DNA of 64,000 bases from Octopus sinensis (taxonomy: Eukaryota), in assembly GCF_006345805.1 (NCBI RefSeq), contig NC_043013.1, positions 53,692,001 to 53,756,000 on the forward strand. The letters run 5' to 3'. Position numbers and translations under genes: made by a program. Below the pieces are notes generated by a model. It ran no database searches. It had not been told where the DNA came from and was given only the letters and a program-made list of their open reading frames with translations. Below, piece by piece: positions 1 to 13,862 of the stretch (position 1 is the first letter of the stretch; every line of letters starts with the position of its first letter).

Positions 1-371
1 TACATATATATATATGTGTATATACATATATATATATATATATACATACGCTGGAGCTAATCTAGGGACAGCTGATGAAGGGGATTTTTCCTTGTGTAGT
101 TTGTCTTGTACACAGTTCTTTCGTTGTTAAAAAAAAGGTCCGTTCCATGCTTGCTTTTTCGTTTTCGTTTCTCGTTGAGTTCTACGCCTAATTGCGATGT
201 CCTGTACTCACGTATATATATTTAAATATGCATGTATATATACATGTAGATGTAGGTACGTACATATATGTATGTATGTATGCATGTATTTTATTTTTTA
301 CACTATTGTATGACTGAGCGCCCTCGCGTCGATTCGATTCGTTTCGTTTCATTTCTCCTTCTCCAAGTACA

Positions 372-529
372 GTTTATATATATATATATTATATTATATA
401 TGCATATATATATATATGTATTAATATATAATATATGTATAGTTTATATATATGAATATATATAAATTATATTATATGATACGTATATATATGTATATAT
501 ATATATATACATATATATATACGTATTAT

Positions 530-571
<42 letters not shown>

Positions 572-573
572 CG

Positions 574-636
<63 letters not shown>
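372..636. repeat. (TA)n microsatellite, representative of dozens of TA/TG/TATG tracts in the window
   Basis: Direct dinucleotide repetition; source of the YIYI-type ORFs. Confidence 0.95.
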
Positions 637-638
<2 letters not shown>

Positions 639-1229
639 GTTTATGAATTTGTGTACAAGATTCTTGATGTGCAGATGTGTGTTTAAACAGATATTGTTGC
701 ATTTCCGGATAGTCATTTTTTGCTGTTTGTTTTTTGCAAAATAAACACACGCACTATATATTCCTTTTTTACTCGTTTATTCCTGTTCTTATTCTAACTC
801 ATGTCCATTGTCTGGAAATCTTTCGTCACACATCTGTGACCTCCTCTGCGACACTTTCCCTCTTCATGTGTGCTCTTGCTCTACTTCTTCCATTCTGTCC
901 TTCTATGATGTGTATCCCTATATGCGCTTGTGTCTGTGTTTGTATGTATTTGAATGTTCGCCCACACTGCCGCCATCTTTGTAGTTGTTGTCAGTGAAGT
1001 TACCGTTTGTGTGTTTGTGTGCGTATATGAGTTCGCTTCCTATGTTGCTTATATCCGTGCCCTTTATACATTTAAGAAAAAAAATTTGTCTCTAATTCTT
1101 TTTCATATTTATCACAGGTATGTGCATACATGTCTATTGGATGTGTATTACGCTATTTGTATCTGCTTTATTTTTTCTCCTTTCATCCCGAAATACAACA
1201 ATACACATACATACGTATATATACATACG

Positions 1230-1340
<111 letters not shown>

Positions 1341-1891
1341 GGAGAGAGAGAGAGATAGATGGGGGAGATGGATCGCTTTTGACGGTGGAACTCGATGTAG
1401 GTGCAAATAAAAATATTGGTTTTAAAAACACTTTGGATGTTTAAAGTCGAGAGCGTTCTGAAGCTTAATATGAATATACGCCATTATTTGTAGCTTTATC
1501 TACATCGAATGTTATTGTTAAAAACGGCTTATTTTATGTCTCTTGAAGTTTCAAAATTCTTATGGCATCAACAGTATGTGTATGTACGTGTGAGTGAGTG
1601 TGTGTACGTGTGTGTGTAATTGTGTGTGTGTGACTAGTGAGTGTGTGTACATGTTTATGTGTGTGTGTGTTTGTGTGTGTATGTGTGTGTCCGTATCAAA
1701 TAAACATCATAAATGCTTTACCCCACGCAGAAACTGAAGGAACTATACAGAGGCTTTTCCACCTCTTCTAAATCCATAGCACTGCTAGAAACACTTGCGA
1801 AACCTCAACAGATATGGCGGGGTTACAAGCGTTTCTCCCCCAAATAATGTATGATCAAACCAGGTGTACTTATCTGAGATTTAGTAGAAAA

Positions 1892-2110
1892 GCGGCGAGC
1901 TGTCAGAACCGTTAGCACACTGAACAAATTGCTTAGAAGCATTTAATCTGTCTATACGTTTGTGAGTTCAAATTTCACCGAACTCGACTTTACCATTCAT
2001 CCTTTAAGGGTCAATGAAACAAGTACCAGTTGAACCCTGGGGTCGTTGTAGTCAACTTACTTCCTCTCCCAACATTGCTGATCTTGTGCCCAAATTTGTA
2101 ACCAATATTT
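1892..2110 (+). mobile_element. SINE family A (tRNA-like head), diverged full copy
   Basis: gcggcgagctgtcagaaccgttagc...gagttcaaatttcacc...cattcatccttt...gtaccagttgaaccctggggtcg is collinear with copies at 10244, 24186-25065, 35518, 37718, 51766 and 60848. Confidence 0.8.
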
Positions 2111-2660
2111 GATTGAGAAGAGTTAAATCTGTGCTATGTATGAGGGAGAAGCAACGGTGAAATGATATTAGTCAATACTGAGTGCACATCTCTTTTAGTG
2201 AGAATGTCCCTTAACGAATTAGATGGGGGCATGAAAGGCGAGAGTACTTGGTATATAAAGCTGAGGTTGCTGCTGCTCTGAACAAGAAGACATGATTAAT
2301 AGCGTTCCAAATGTGACCGTCATATTTTACATTAAAACGCCATGTATTTTATACAATATCATTCCTACATTAATGTGTGATTTTAAAAAGGATATTAGGC
2401 TGTTATATTCAGCAGATTGACCCTCCCCCTAAAGGCTTCGTCCTCTACCGGCTGAACCATAAATCTAGAATTCGGAGCAATCCTTCACATTCTCTTTCAT
2501 TGCAATGATTATCCTCTTCGTAAAAATTACACTAACTAATGTATATATCCAACATATACAGACGGTCTAGCGAGGGTGTATATAATGGTTTGGATCAGTC
2601 GAGCGATCGTGGTAAAACATCGAATGTATAGAAAATACACGTTTTTTTATCTTTTATTTG

Positions 2661-2860
2661 TGTCAGTCATTAGACTACGGCCAAGCTAGGGCACTGCCCC
2701 AAAGAATTTCTCGTTGAGTGAAACGATCCCAGGACTTATTCTTTTTCTTTTTTAAGTTTGGTACTTATTCTATCGGCCTCTTTTGTCGAACTGCTAAATA
2801 ACAAGGTCATAATACACCAACAACTGTTGTCAAACTGTTGTAGGGGACAATTGCAGACAC
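2661..2860 (-). mobile_element. SINE family B, 3' half, diverged
   Basis: cagtcattagactacggccaagct...cccaggacttattc...acttattctatcggcctcttttg matches the reverse complement of the 25849-26232 copy. Confidence 0.7.
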
Positions 2861-2879
2861 ACACATACACGCATACCAC

Positions 2880-3197
2880 GTGCACATTCATGTAGAGTCA
2901 TAGTGACAGAAATAGCAATCATTAGAGTGATCTTTCTGCTCACGCCAAATCATTGGCACACCAAACTTCATGTGAACATTTTTTCCTGCATACCAGGCAC
3001 TCAATGTCTTCACACATGTAAGGCAACACACATGAGGAGCCCATGACTTATCCTGGTCTCCTAAGTAACAATCGAAGTATGCCTTGTATATTTTCTTGAT
3101 AATGGCGTGTAATACTGCGCTTTTCTTTAGCTAAAGTCAATTCCCAACAGATATAACAGAATCTGTTTGGATCATCTTTGCACTGTATTGCACTCAT
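2880..3197 (-). pseudogene. Chapaev3-like (CMC) DNA transposase N-terminal zinc-binding region, frameshifted and truncated
   Basis: Minus strand from ATG at 3197: MSAIQCKDDPNRFCYICWELTLAKEKRSIT, a +1 frameshift, then IKKIYKAYFDCYLGDQDKSWAPHVCCLTCVKTLSAWYAGKNVHMKFGVPMIWREQKDHSNDCYFC. The FCYIC / LGDQDKxWAPH-C-x2-C / VPMxWRE / DCYFC pattern is characteristic of this group (recalled, not searched). Confidence 0.75.
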
Positions 3198-3777
3198 TGC
3201 TGAAAACAAATAAGGTCTGAGAGATTAAAAAAACATTAAACACAAGCTTTGAATCCCATTGTAAGTGTTACTAAGATTGGTCTCTAGCCTTGGGTTGAAA
3301 CCCATTTTACAATGAGTAACAAAAAGGTATACAGTGACAATTCTGTAGAAACCATGCCTAATTCAATAAAAAGAAGGCCAGAAATGGATTTCCCATGTCA
3401 GTTTGCATATAAAAGTGGCCACATATTACTTGCCCTTTTTTGAGTGTTGCACAGTGTATTCCATTCCACTAATAAAGTAGTTGTTATTGAATGTCTAAAT
3501 AAGGCCTTATCTACAATCATTTTTTTTTTTTGCCATTTCTTTCATGAAATTAATCAATTATTAGTAACTAATACAAAATTAACAGCGGTAAGAGGCATTT
3601 TCTGCCATTATGCCACGCATGGGTTGTTGTCAAACACAAACGGTATTTTCGTGATTTATTTATCACGTTTGTCGTGTTCAAGTGACGAGACAAGAAAGAA
3701 AGAGTTTTTTTCCCTCCTTTTATATGATTCAGAATGCTGCTTTTAATATACACGAAATCGTTATAAGTATATATGTA

Positions 3778-3882
3778 CGTGTGTGTGTGTGTGTGTGTGT
3801 GTGATTGTGTCTGTATGTATGCGTGCACGTGCGTATGAATACATCTCTCTCTATATATATGTGTGTGTGTGTGAGTGTGAGT

Positions 3883-3918
<36 letters not shown>

Positions 3919-4103
3919 ATGTATATGCATATATATATATGTATATATATATACATATACATACACGCACACACACACGTATATATATATGTCTATATAC
4001 ATATATATATATGTATATGTATATATATGTACATACGTATTTATATTTACACATACATATATACATATACATACACGCACACACACACGTATATATATAT
4101 GTC

Positions 4104-4176
<73 letters not shown>

Positions 4177-4444
4177 GTACACACAAGCATACATATATTT
4201 GTACGTTCGTACATAAAGCAATACGTGTGTGTGTGTGTGCGTGTATGTATATGCATATATATATATGTCTATATACATATATATATATGTATATATATGT
4301 ACATACGTATTTATATTTACACATACATATATACATATACATACACGCACACACACACGTATATATATATGTCTATATACATATATATATATATACGTAC
4401 ACACAAGCATACATATATTTGTACGTTCGTACATAAAGCAATAC

Positions 4445-4476
<32 letters not shown>
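3778..4476. repeat. Compound TG/TA/CA microsatellite with internal higher-order duplications
   Basis: The block cgtacacacaagcatacatatatttgtacgttcgtacataaagcaatacgtgtg occurs at about 4176 and 4396. Confidence 0.9.
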
Positions 4477-5074
4477 CTGTAGTCTTTATATATTTATATC
4501 TCCTTCCATGAATGACTTCGTTAATCATAAACATATCATAAATATGCATTGTTTCTTCTTTCTTGAAAAATTAAGAAATCACAATGGGATGTCTTTAATC
4601 TCTAATAATTAATGTCTACAATATTTATATATAACAGGTATAAAGTTTAGATATCTTATTACGAAAGGTATGTTTTATTATAAATGAATTCTGTTTTGCA
4701 TTATGAAGTTTGTATGTCATAACAACTTTAGTACGTTTTATCACAATTTACCTGTTTTAAAGTCTGAATTATATTTTGTAATAAATTCTTTGTTTTCTTA
4801 TAAATGTTATATCTTTATTATAAAATTTGTATGTTCCATTATACTGTCTTTATATATATTTAACTTAGTATATATTTACTTATGTTTTCGTCTTATCATA
4901 AACACATACGTTTAATTTGTTTCAATACGATGCCTCTATTTCATTAGAATTCGATGTTTTATCGTAAAGTCTATATGATATGTTATAAAGTTTATATACT
5001 CTACCTTCAACTCTATATGAAGCCTATATGCTTTGTTATGATGTCTATATAGTCAGTTTATTATAATTCACTAT

Positions 5075-5400
5075 TCTGTTGTGTCTGGGGAGAGTTATTT
5101 TCTTTTTGTGCCCTATAATATAACACACTCACCGGTAAAATTTCCACTTTTTTATTATTTATATTTTCCTAAAATTTTCGTTGCGTCTTGCAACCTTTTC
5201 AATAGTCTTGACTCTTGAAAAGGTTGCAACACGCAACGAAAATTTTAGAAAATAAAAATAAGAAAAACGTGGAAATTGTACCGGTGAGTGTGTTACATTA
5301 TAAGGCACAAAAAGAAAATGACTCTCCCAAGACACAATAGAATATGCTTCAACACACGAACTCATAAAAAGAATCTTGCAAACCAAATCCAAAAACGAAA
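5075..5400 (+). mobile_element. Fold-back element with unique 3' tail and 13-bp target-site duplication
   Basis: Imperfect palindrome 5073-5343 centred at 5208/5209, tail 5344-5400, and tataattcactat at 5062-5074 and 5401-5413. A second, one-armed copy lies at 39568-39724. Confidence 0.8.
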
Positions 5401-5957
5401 TATAATTCACTATGGTTTCTTATAAATCCTATCTTTTATGTTGTAATCCACATCAAATATTCAAGATAACGATAATGATACTTTAAGCTAATATTAACAC
5501 TTTTCTAATAATTCCTTGTGATTGAAATCGTTTCTCTCTTTTTCTTCTTCTTTGTTTTCTTTCTTCTTCTCTTCACTCATTTTCCTCTTCTTCTGTTACT
5601 TCTCTTCCCTTTCAACTCTCCTCCTTCCCCTTTCACTTCCCCTTCACCTTCTTCCTCCTTCTCTCACTTAAATCCAGCTCCTTCTCATCATCGTCGCCGT
5701 CTTCATCGCCGTTGTCGTCCCCCACCCCGTTATGACCGTCACCGTCATCTCCACAACAAAACCCCACCACGGCAAACACCTCCTTCTCCCACCTCCACCA
5801 CCACCACAGTCTAAAATCAACTTCTCTCCACCACCATACACCTCCTCCACCCGCCACCCCACCATCACCAATATGCTTTTCCTCTGTGGGAGAATTTGTA
5901 AAAATAACCGTCCATCATACAATGTTTTAATGTATAATTTGTCCCAATTGTAACTTG

Positions 5958-6165
5958 TAGTAGTGGCAGTAGCAGTAGCAGCAGCAACAGCAAAAGTAAC
6001 AATAGTAGTAGTAGTGTTGATGGTGGTGGTGGTAGTGGTTGCCATCGTCGTCGTTTTAGTAGTAGTAGTAGCAGTAGTAGTAGTAGTATTAGTAGTAGTA
6101 GTAGTGTTGATGGTGGTGGTGGTAGTGGTTGCCATCGTCGTCGTTGTAGTAGTAGTAGTAGTAGC

Positions 6166-6208
<43 letters not shown>

Positions 6209-6246
6209 TGATGGTGGTGGTGGTAGTGGTTGCCATCGTCGTCGTT

Positions 6247-6287
<41 letters not shown>

Positions 6288-6310
6288 TAGTAGTAGTAGC
6301 AGTAGTAGAA
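5958..6310. repeat. Compound (GTA)n/(GTG)n microsatellite with a three-fold repeated unit
   Basis: gtagtgttgatggtggtggtggtagtggttgccatcgtcgtcgtt recurs near 6010, 6100 and 6203. Confidence 0.9.
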
Positions 6311-7060
6311 GCAGCGTAAATGATTAGATAAAATTGAAAATAAAAAGAAAGAACCGTATCCAACTCCCCCGCCATGCCAAACGCCGCCCCAACCACAACC
6401 GCAAGAAGACCAAAAAGAAACCTGAATGAAATGAATGCATTAGTAAACGAAAACAAAATAAATAACAACATAAATAAAACAAATAATTAAGTTTAAAAAA
6501 TGACAAAATTAACAAAGCTAAAACAAAATGGAAGCAATTCTATTCTTGGAGTATCTACTTCTCCTGCGTTTCGTCAAAATATTTCCTGTTCTACAGTAAA
6601 AGGAAATTTACCAAAACTTGGCTAAGTCTTTGTATCCTGTCATCATTTTACCTAATCGCCGTCGTCGTCTTTGTTGTTGTTGTAGGCACAGTCTTGCTTT
6701 CGATTGGTCAACTCATGACAACGTCACAAAAAAAGAAAAGCAAAAAATAAATCGTTAGAACACGGCGTATTAAAGAATGTCATGTAGTTTAAAAGTTTAT
6801 TTAACCTTAAATTAATTGGTCTCCTGTCAGGAAAAATGGCTGACATGTGTAGAGGCACATGAGCGTGTGTGTGTGTTTGATTGTGTATGCTCTGGCTGTC
6901 TTGTGTGTCACTGAGCGTGGTGTACAGTTTAAGATTGCAATGACAAGAATATGTCGGCGCCAATAGCGTCTGATATAGTTACATGCATACATACATTCAT
7001 ACATACACATAAACACACATATATATGTGTCAGTGTGTAGGTATATATATATATATATAT

Positions 7061-7222
7061 TCTTTGTTCATGTTTCAGCCAGTTGACTGCGGCCATGCTA
7101 GAGCAGCGTCTTTAGTCGAACGAATCGAACTCAGGACTTATTCTCTTTGTAAGCCTAGTACTTATTCTGTCGGTCTCTTAGGCGAAACGCAGCGAATTTA
7201 TGGGGACGTAAATACACCAGCA
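7061..7222 (-). mobile_element. SINE family B, 3' half
   Basis: gtttcagccagttgactgcggccatgct...gtcgaacgaatcgaactcaggacttattc...gtaagcctagtacttattc...ggggacgtaaatacaccagca. Confidence 0.8.
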
Positions 7223-7235
7223 TATATATATGTAA

Positions 7236-7312
<77 letters not shown>

Positions 7313-7324
7313 GATATAGATATA

Positions 7325-7355
<31 letters not shown>

Positions 7356-7918
7356 ATATTATATATATATATATATTATATATATATATATATATATAAG
7401 CGAGAAAGAAGCAACAAGAATGGATAGGTTTTCAGTACGATCGTTTCATACAAGGACAGGTTTTTATTAAAAGTTGCAAAGATTACAGCATATAAACGAG
7501 TCCCGTACTCATCAGCTAAAATACAATGGAGATCTCTAGACATCCTAGTGTTTGAGGCTATACTCATGAGGTAATGAGTGCATCTAAGTTAGGTACCATA
7601 TTCAAGTAAATTCATTTAAATTAACTTGAATCTTTATTGCTCTTTGTATATATATATATATATATATAGTATATATATATGTATATGTATAAAAAATATA
7701 ATATTATATATATATATATATATATATAATTATTATATATATATATAACATGTATATATATATACACACTATATAATATATATATCTATATAATATGTTG
7801 TTTTATATATATTATGTATGTATATTGTGTATGTATCTATGTATGTCATATATATTATATTTATACATGCATACACACATATATATATATTGTATGTATG
7901 TATGTATGTGTTTATATA

Positions 7919-7968
<50 letters not shown>

Positions 7969-8984
7969 TTCAAAGCAGCATAGACTCTCTTTAATCAAGC
8001 GCAGTGTATTACTACTACTCGCACCCACTTTATCAAATAGAGAAGCAACGAGTGAGAGTATACGCAGCCGTTCTGTCTGCTAGAAACATCAGCTAAATCT
8101 CCATGAAATAAAATTTAAAAAGAAAAATTAAACGCTTCAAGAACGACCATCAGATTAAATCTAAATCACTTCGAAAGAGTATTCGACCCTGCAGTCTAAG
8201 ATAAGAACATACTGATCACAAGTCTCTTGCAGTAGGAACGGCATAGGGTAAACAACATAATTCTTTTATGATTTATGTCAACTTAGATTCCCAGTTTTGG
8301 TATGAAAGTGGAAATATAAGATTAAATATTATATTGCGTTTAATTCGGCATGGCGCCGGACGAGGGTGTTAGGTTATAGAACTGTTGCCAAGGGAGTTTC
8401 ATGGAAATAAACAATAACAACAAAAAAATGACAGCAACAGCAGAATCAAGAAGGATTTGACCGCAGAACGCAGAAAGATGAAAATATATTCTGAATGTCA
8501 TTTAATCCGGTTTTCATATCTTTCAGAAAGCGTTAGTCGTACAACACAATTGCTTGCCACCATTTTGTTACTTGTTTGCGTAGGTCTGAGGCTAAAGTAT
8601 TTTACTGTGACCTACAATGCCGTACGATGTTAGTATGTGGTTAGACTGGTTTCAGGCGAATATACTTGTTGCATTGATTGTATGAATTAACTGTCTTGAG
8701 GAGATATAAAGATATGGAATGGAATCCATTGAGATATGCATGTTAGCTATTGATTTACTGGAAAGTAACTGGGAAAAGATGAAATGGCAGAGACATGGGG
8801 AGAGAGACAGAGAAAGAGTGAGACAGGCAGAGTGAGGAAAGTGGAGATGTAAAGAAAAGTATAAACAGAGAAAAAATGAAAACTATAGAGACATAAGTTG
8901 ACGGGTGTGTGTGAGCGGGGAGGTGGCGAAAGCGTTGGAGCGTCGGATGAAACACACTGCAATATTGCTTCCGGTTTACGTTCC

Positions 8985-9224
<240 letters not shown>

Positions 9225-9504
9225 CAGTTGTTGTTGTTGTTGTTGTTGATGATGATGATGTTGACGTTGATGTTGATGAATCACCGGTCTGTGTTTATCG
9301 TCACAGATTGTTCAAACGAGTGAAATAATTGAAAGTTACGATTCAAGAATCTTCAAGTCCAATGATATAGACTCTACATCATGTACAGAGTTCAGTTTTA
9401 GTTGCAGACACAAAATTTCAGCAATTAATACACACACATCTTTAGACACGCACATATTTATATACACATATTATCTAACTTACACACACACACTATTTAT
9501 ACAT

Positions 9505-9556
<52 letters not shown>

Positions 9557-9564
9557 TTACAGTA

Positions 9565-9613
<49 letters not shown>

Positions 9614-9636
9614 TAGTTATATATTATATATATATA

Positions 9637-9671
<35 letters not shown>

Positions 9672-9673
9672 CA

Positions 9674-9707
<34 letters not shown>

Positions 9708-10243
9708 GTGTTTTGTTCGATGTATGTATGTATGTGTTTGTTAAATAACTCGGTACAACAGCTCCCATTGAAGTGTCATCTGATAACACACGCTTTGCTT
9801 TCACTCGTAGACCAAAGCTGGTTCTACAATTGATGTGCCAAACCGTCCTGAGTATCTCTCAGAATTTCCCCGGAAACCAACTACGGACGACAACGACGAC
9901 GACAACGATGATGATGATGATGATGATGATCATCATCATCACCATCATCATCCTTTTACGATCATAACCACCACCATTATTATCCTCATGATCATCTTGA
10001 ACAAAATGATCGTGATGAAGGTGATAATGGTCGTGGCGGTGGTGCTGATAATCATGAGGATAATTACGGTGATTCATCATCATCGTATCGTATTTCCAAA
10101 CTCAATCTAACAATTTCAACTCAACTGATTTTTTTGTTTGTTCCTCTTCTTGTCGCCCTATCACTCTTCTTCATTGTTATAGATGTTGTTGCTATTATTG
10201 TTGTTTTCGTTACTGCTGCTGTTATTGTATATTATACTTTCGA

Positions 10244-10472
10244 AGGCGGTAAACTGGCAGAACCGTTAGCACGCCGGGCAAAATGCATAGCCGTATTTCG
10301 TCCGCCGTTACGTTCTGAGTTCAAATTCCACCGAGGTCGACTTTGCCTTTCATCCTTTCGGGGTCGATAAATAAAGTACCAGTTACGCACTGGGGTCGAT
10401 GTAATCAACTTAATCCGTTTGTCTGTCCTTGTTTGTCCCCTCTATGTTTGGCCCTTTGTAGGCAGTAAAGAA
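10244..10472 (+). mobile_element. SINE family A, well-preserved copy
   Basis: A-box-like ggcggtaaactggcagaaccgttagc, B-box-like gagttcaaattcc, central ctttgcctttcatcctttcggggtcgataaataaagtaccag. Confidence 0.85.
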
Positions 10473-10567
10473 ATATGTATATTATACTTTATTGTTGCTT
10501 TGTTGTTGTTATTGTTTTTGATGATGATGATGATGATGGTGGTGATGACGACGTGACCATGATGATG

Positions 10568-10598
<31 letters not shown>

Positions 10599-11116
10599 CG
10601 ATGATGACGATGATGTTGTTAGTGGTGGTGGTCTGCTGGCTGCCAGTGACACGGCGCTCTTTGTATTTCACTTTTTTCTTCTACTTGTGCAATATGATGT
10701 GATTCGGTTAACAACGAGTTTATAACTGAAGGCTTCAGCTCTCAAGTTGTACGAAGCATCCTCTCTCTCTCTCTTCTCTCTCTCTCTCTGTGCAGTCGGC
10801 ACTGATTACACCCAGTTCAACTCATCGGTGCTTTTTCAAGACACACAACGCAATCTCTCTCTCTCTCTCGCTCTCGCTAATTCTCTTTGTTAATTAGATG
10901 ATCTAACGAATCAATGCCGTCTTCACCTTGGAATCTGCACTAACGGTATGTTGAATGGCGAGAGAATTGAAAGTTCACGAGAGAAATTTAGCTGAGTGCT
11001 TGAGAAATTCACTCCACAAAGCGCTGCACCTTGAGCAAGTGTCTTTTATATAACCTGAAACAGATGAATGCCTTATGAGTGAATGTTGTAGACAGAAACT
11101 GTATGGAAACCTGTTG

Positions 11117-11300
11117 CAGGCGTGGCTCTCTGGTAAGAAGTTTGTTTCCCAAACACATAATTCCGAGTTCAGTTCAACTGCGTGGCACCTTCGGCAAGTA
11201 TCTCCTGCTATAACTTCGGGCCGATCAAAGCCTTGCGAGTAGATTTGCTTGACGGAAACTGAAAGAAACCCATCATAGGTGTGTGCGTGTGTTTGTTTGT
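11117..11300 (+). mobile_element. SINE family B, 5' half, diverged
   Basis: caggcgtggctctctggtaagaagtttgtttccc...gcgtggcaccttcggcaagta...gccttgcgagtagatttgcttgacggaaactgaaaga. Confidence 0.7.
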
Positions 11301-12225
11301 GTATATAATGTATGTTTACTATACCTATACCTCTGCTAGGGAACACTTGGTATTGGTTGGTTTGTATCACCGTAACCAAACGATTGGTGATTGGTTTGCC
11401 AGCTTCTGTATTATTAAAGTGGAATTTTTAATTTTTTGATATCTCTACAAACTCTAGGAATTGCTTCCTACTCCTTTTTCTTCTTCTCCTTCTCTTCCTC
11501 CTCTCCCTCCCCTTCTTCTTTTCCCCTCTTCTTCTTTGTGTTGTCTCGTCTCATTTGTCATCCCTTCTCATCAAACTCATTTCTCTAATTAAAACTCTAA
11601 TCTGATATATTTTCATCTGGAATAAAAAATACTTCTGTTTACAGTCAAGTAAATACAGATGGGTCTTCGTTCGTTTCGACGGTGCATGCTTCAATTTTTT
11701 TTTTAACCCCGAAGACTGTCCACTCGTTGAATGAGTGAGTAAGCGGTGGGGTATCAACCTCAAGGACAACCACTCTAACGTGGTGAATGATAAGGTTCGC
11801 TGAAACTTTAGAATTACAAGTGCATTCCACCCGAGGCGTTTCTTTACACTTTCAATTCGCTTTGAACGCTTGAGTCAACGAAAGGAGATGATAACAGGGA
11901 CTTTGTGTAAGGTGCTACATCGAACTCGTAATGTCTTTTGGGAGGAGAACTGAACTCATTAACCCAATCAGTCATGCCCGAGTGCTTACAGCAGAGCATC
12001 GCCAATCTTTAACAAAATACTTGGAGACGTCGTTGTTATTAGTTCTGCGCTCAACTAAAGTCAAAAAGAAAAGAAATATAATTAATTTGTGATTTTGTTT
12101 TAATGACAAGATTGCCTTGTTTTCTTACTATTGTTGTTGTTGTTTTTATTCCTTACAACAAAAGACCAGATATCCCTTTGCTTTTATTATCAACAACTTA
12201 TTTTATTCCACTTAATTCTTCTTCT

Positions 12226-12375
12226 ACTTCTTCTTCTTCTCCTCCACCTCCTCCTCCTTCTTCTTCTTCTTCTTCTTCTTCTTCTTCTTCTTCTTCTTCT
12301 TCTTCTTCTTCTTCTTCTTCTTCTTCTTCTTCTTCTTCTTCTTCTTCTTCTTCTTCTTCTTCTTCTTCTTCTTCT
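12226..12375. repeat. (TTC)n polypyrimidine tract
   Basis: Direct trinucleotide repetition; source of the poly-S/L/R/K ORFs. Confidence 0.95.
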
Positions 12376-13651
12376 CCCTCTTCTCATCTTCCTTTTGTAT
12401 TTTTTTAAATATTATTATTCGAATGGCTGCTACCATACTTAATGAATTCCTTTAAAGTTGCCTTGTCTTTTCTGAGTTCATTAAATTCCGTAATGATTTT
12501 TTTTTTTTTTGATTTGGTCTGTTGATGAAGTTACTTGATGGTTATTAAGTGCTTCTGCTAGCTTTATTAAGCCCCTCCTGACAGGTCAATGAGGCCTTGT
12601 TGGTCGATAGTGTGCTTCAGTATAATTCTTATCTCCATAACGATATCACTCATATTGTGAACGGCCATATTTGCTAGGTGCATTGAGAATTTGTTTTCAG
12701 ACACTTTGATTATTTTTCCGCGTAGCTGGAATTCGTGTCGCAGAGATGTGGCTTGTCTCAGTCATACTGTCTTAGAGCTATTAGTCTTGTGTGTGATGAA
12801 CCGAAGTTTCCACTTCGATTGCTATTGACTTGATGGCAAGTACATTTCCGAGTCGTTTTTATTAATCTATTCTAAGTTATTAGAAGTCGGAGTGATAAGT
12901 AAATATGCTACTTGTTAAAAGACAGAAAATAATAAATTAAATCTACGTTTAAAATAGAAGCGTATGTTTTCATATATGGTTGTTTTCTCTGCTTAAGAAG
13001 TGAAATATATTGTAAGGGCCGTCTAGATACGACAAACACGAATTTGTGATATATGAATAAAGATTTTATATTTATCCTTTCAAATTAAAATGAAGACCAG
13101 CTTTTTGACTGTAATCCAATGTGTGTGTGTGTTGGGAGAAATGCGGTAGAATTTTCTAAGAGAATATATATACATATGCGTGTGCATGTGTGTGTATGTG
13201 CTTGTGTGTGTGTGTTCGTGTGTGTGTGTGTGTTATGTGTATTCATATATGTATATGCGTATATGTGTGTGTATGTGTATGTATGTGTGCGTGTGTGTGT
13301 GGGGGGGAGTGTATATGTATGTGTGTGCTTGTGTGTGCGTGCGATATGTGTATTCTATATGTATGCGTGTGCGAGCGTGTGTGTATGTGTGTGTATGTGT
13401 GTGTGGGAGTGTATATGTATGTGCGTGCGATATGTGTATTCATATATGTATATATGTATCTATGTTGTTTTTCATTTAACTCTAAGTCCTTCTTAAGCAA
13501 GTTTAAAACAGGTCACTAACAAAGCGACAATGCTTCTTGTTTTGAGTTCCGAGAGCGCCCGATGTTTGTCAATGTGGTTGAGTGAGTGTGCCGTTTGGGC
13601 ACACTAAACAAGTATGTGCATGGATTCACATAAGAATCTTAGCTGGAGAAT

Positions 13652-13862
13652 TCACAGAATGTATTTCCAAATCTTCACCGTGATAATAAATCGGATTTGA
13701 AGAATCCGCATCAGCTTCTTTTTCTCTTTCTTTGAAAACCATAGAACTTCTAGATTCCTGTGCAAATGTGCAGGGGTAAGGCCTACTGCAACTATGATGG
13801 CAGGTACATGTGGGAATTTATTGTCAAGGTAGAAGAAATGTAAGTTCTGAATGTATCTTATA
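13652..13862 (-). mobile_element. C-terminal end of an RLE-type non-LTR retrotransposon ORF (R4/Dong-like)
   Basis: Minus translation [69 protein letters not shown] resembles the RLE tail pattern NLQxLYxDYKF-VPxIxGAxG-LGFxKKE-LQI-TVKIxKxFL (recalled). Confidence 0.6.

Noticed and set aside
70-105. CTGATGA followed by a short GGA/TCC stem
   Set aside because: No GAAA or stem III follows, so at most half of a hammerhead.
5518-6471. Pro/Ser/Thr/Val/Leu-rich ORFs; also poly-S/E/K/I ORFs at 12103, 20151, 25314 and 30739
   Set aside because: Trinucleotide repeats open in several frames on both strands, with no splice or homology support.
12380-12850. Unique-looking segment that may be a decayed LINE
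   Set aside because: Stops in all frames and no diagnostic motif.
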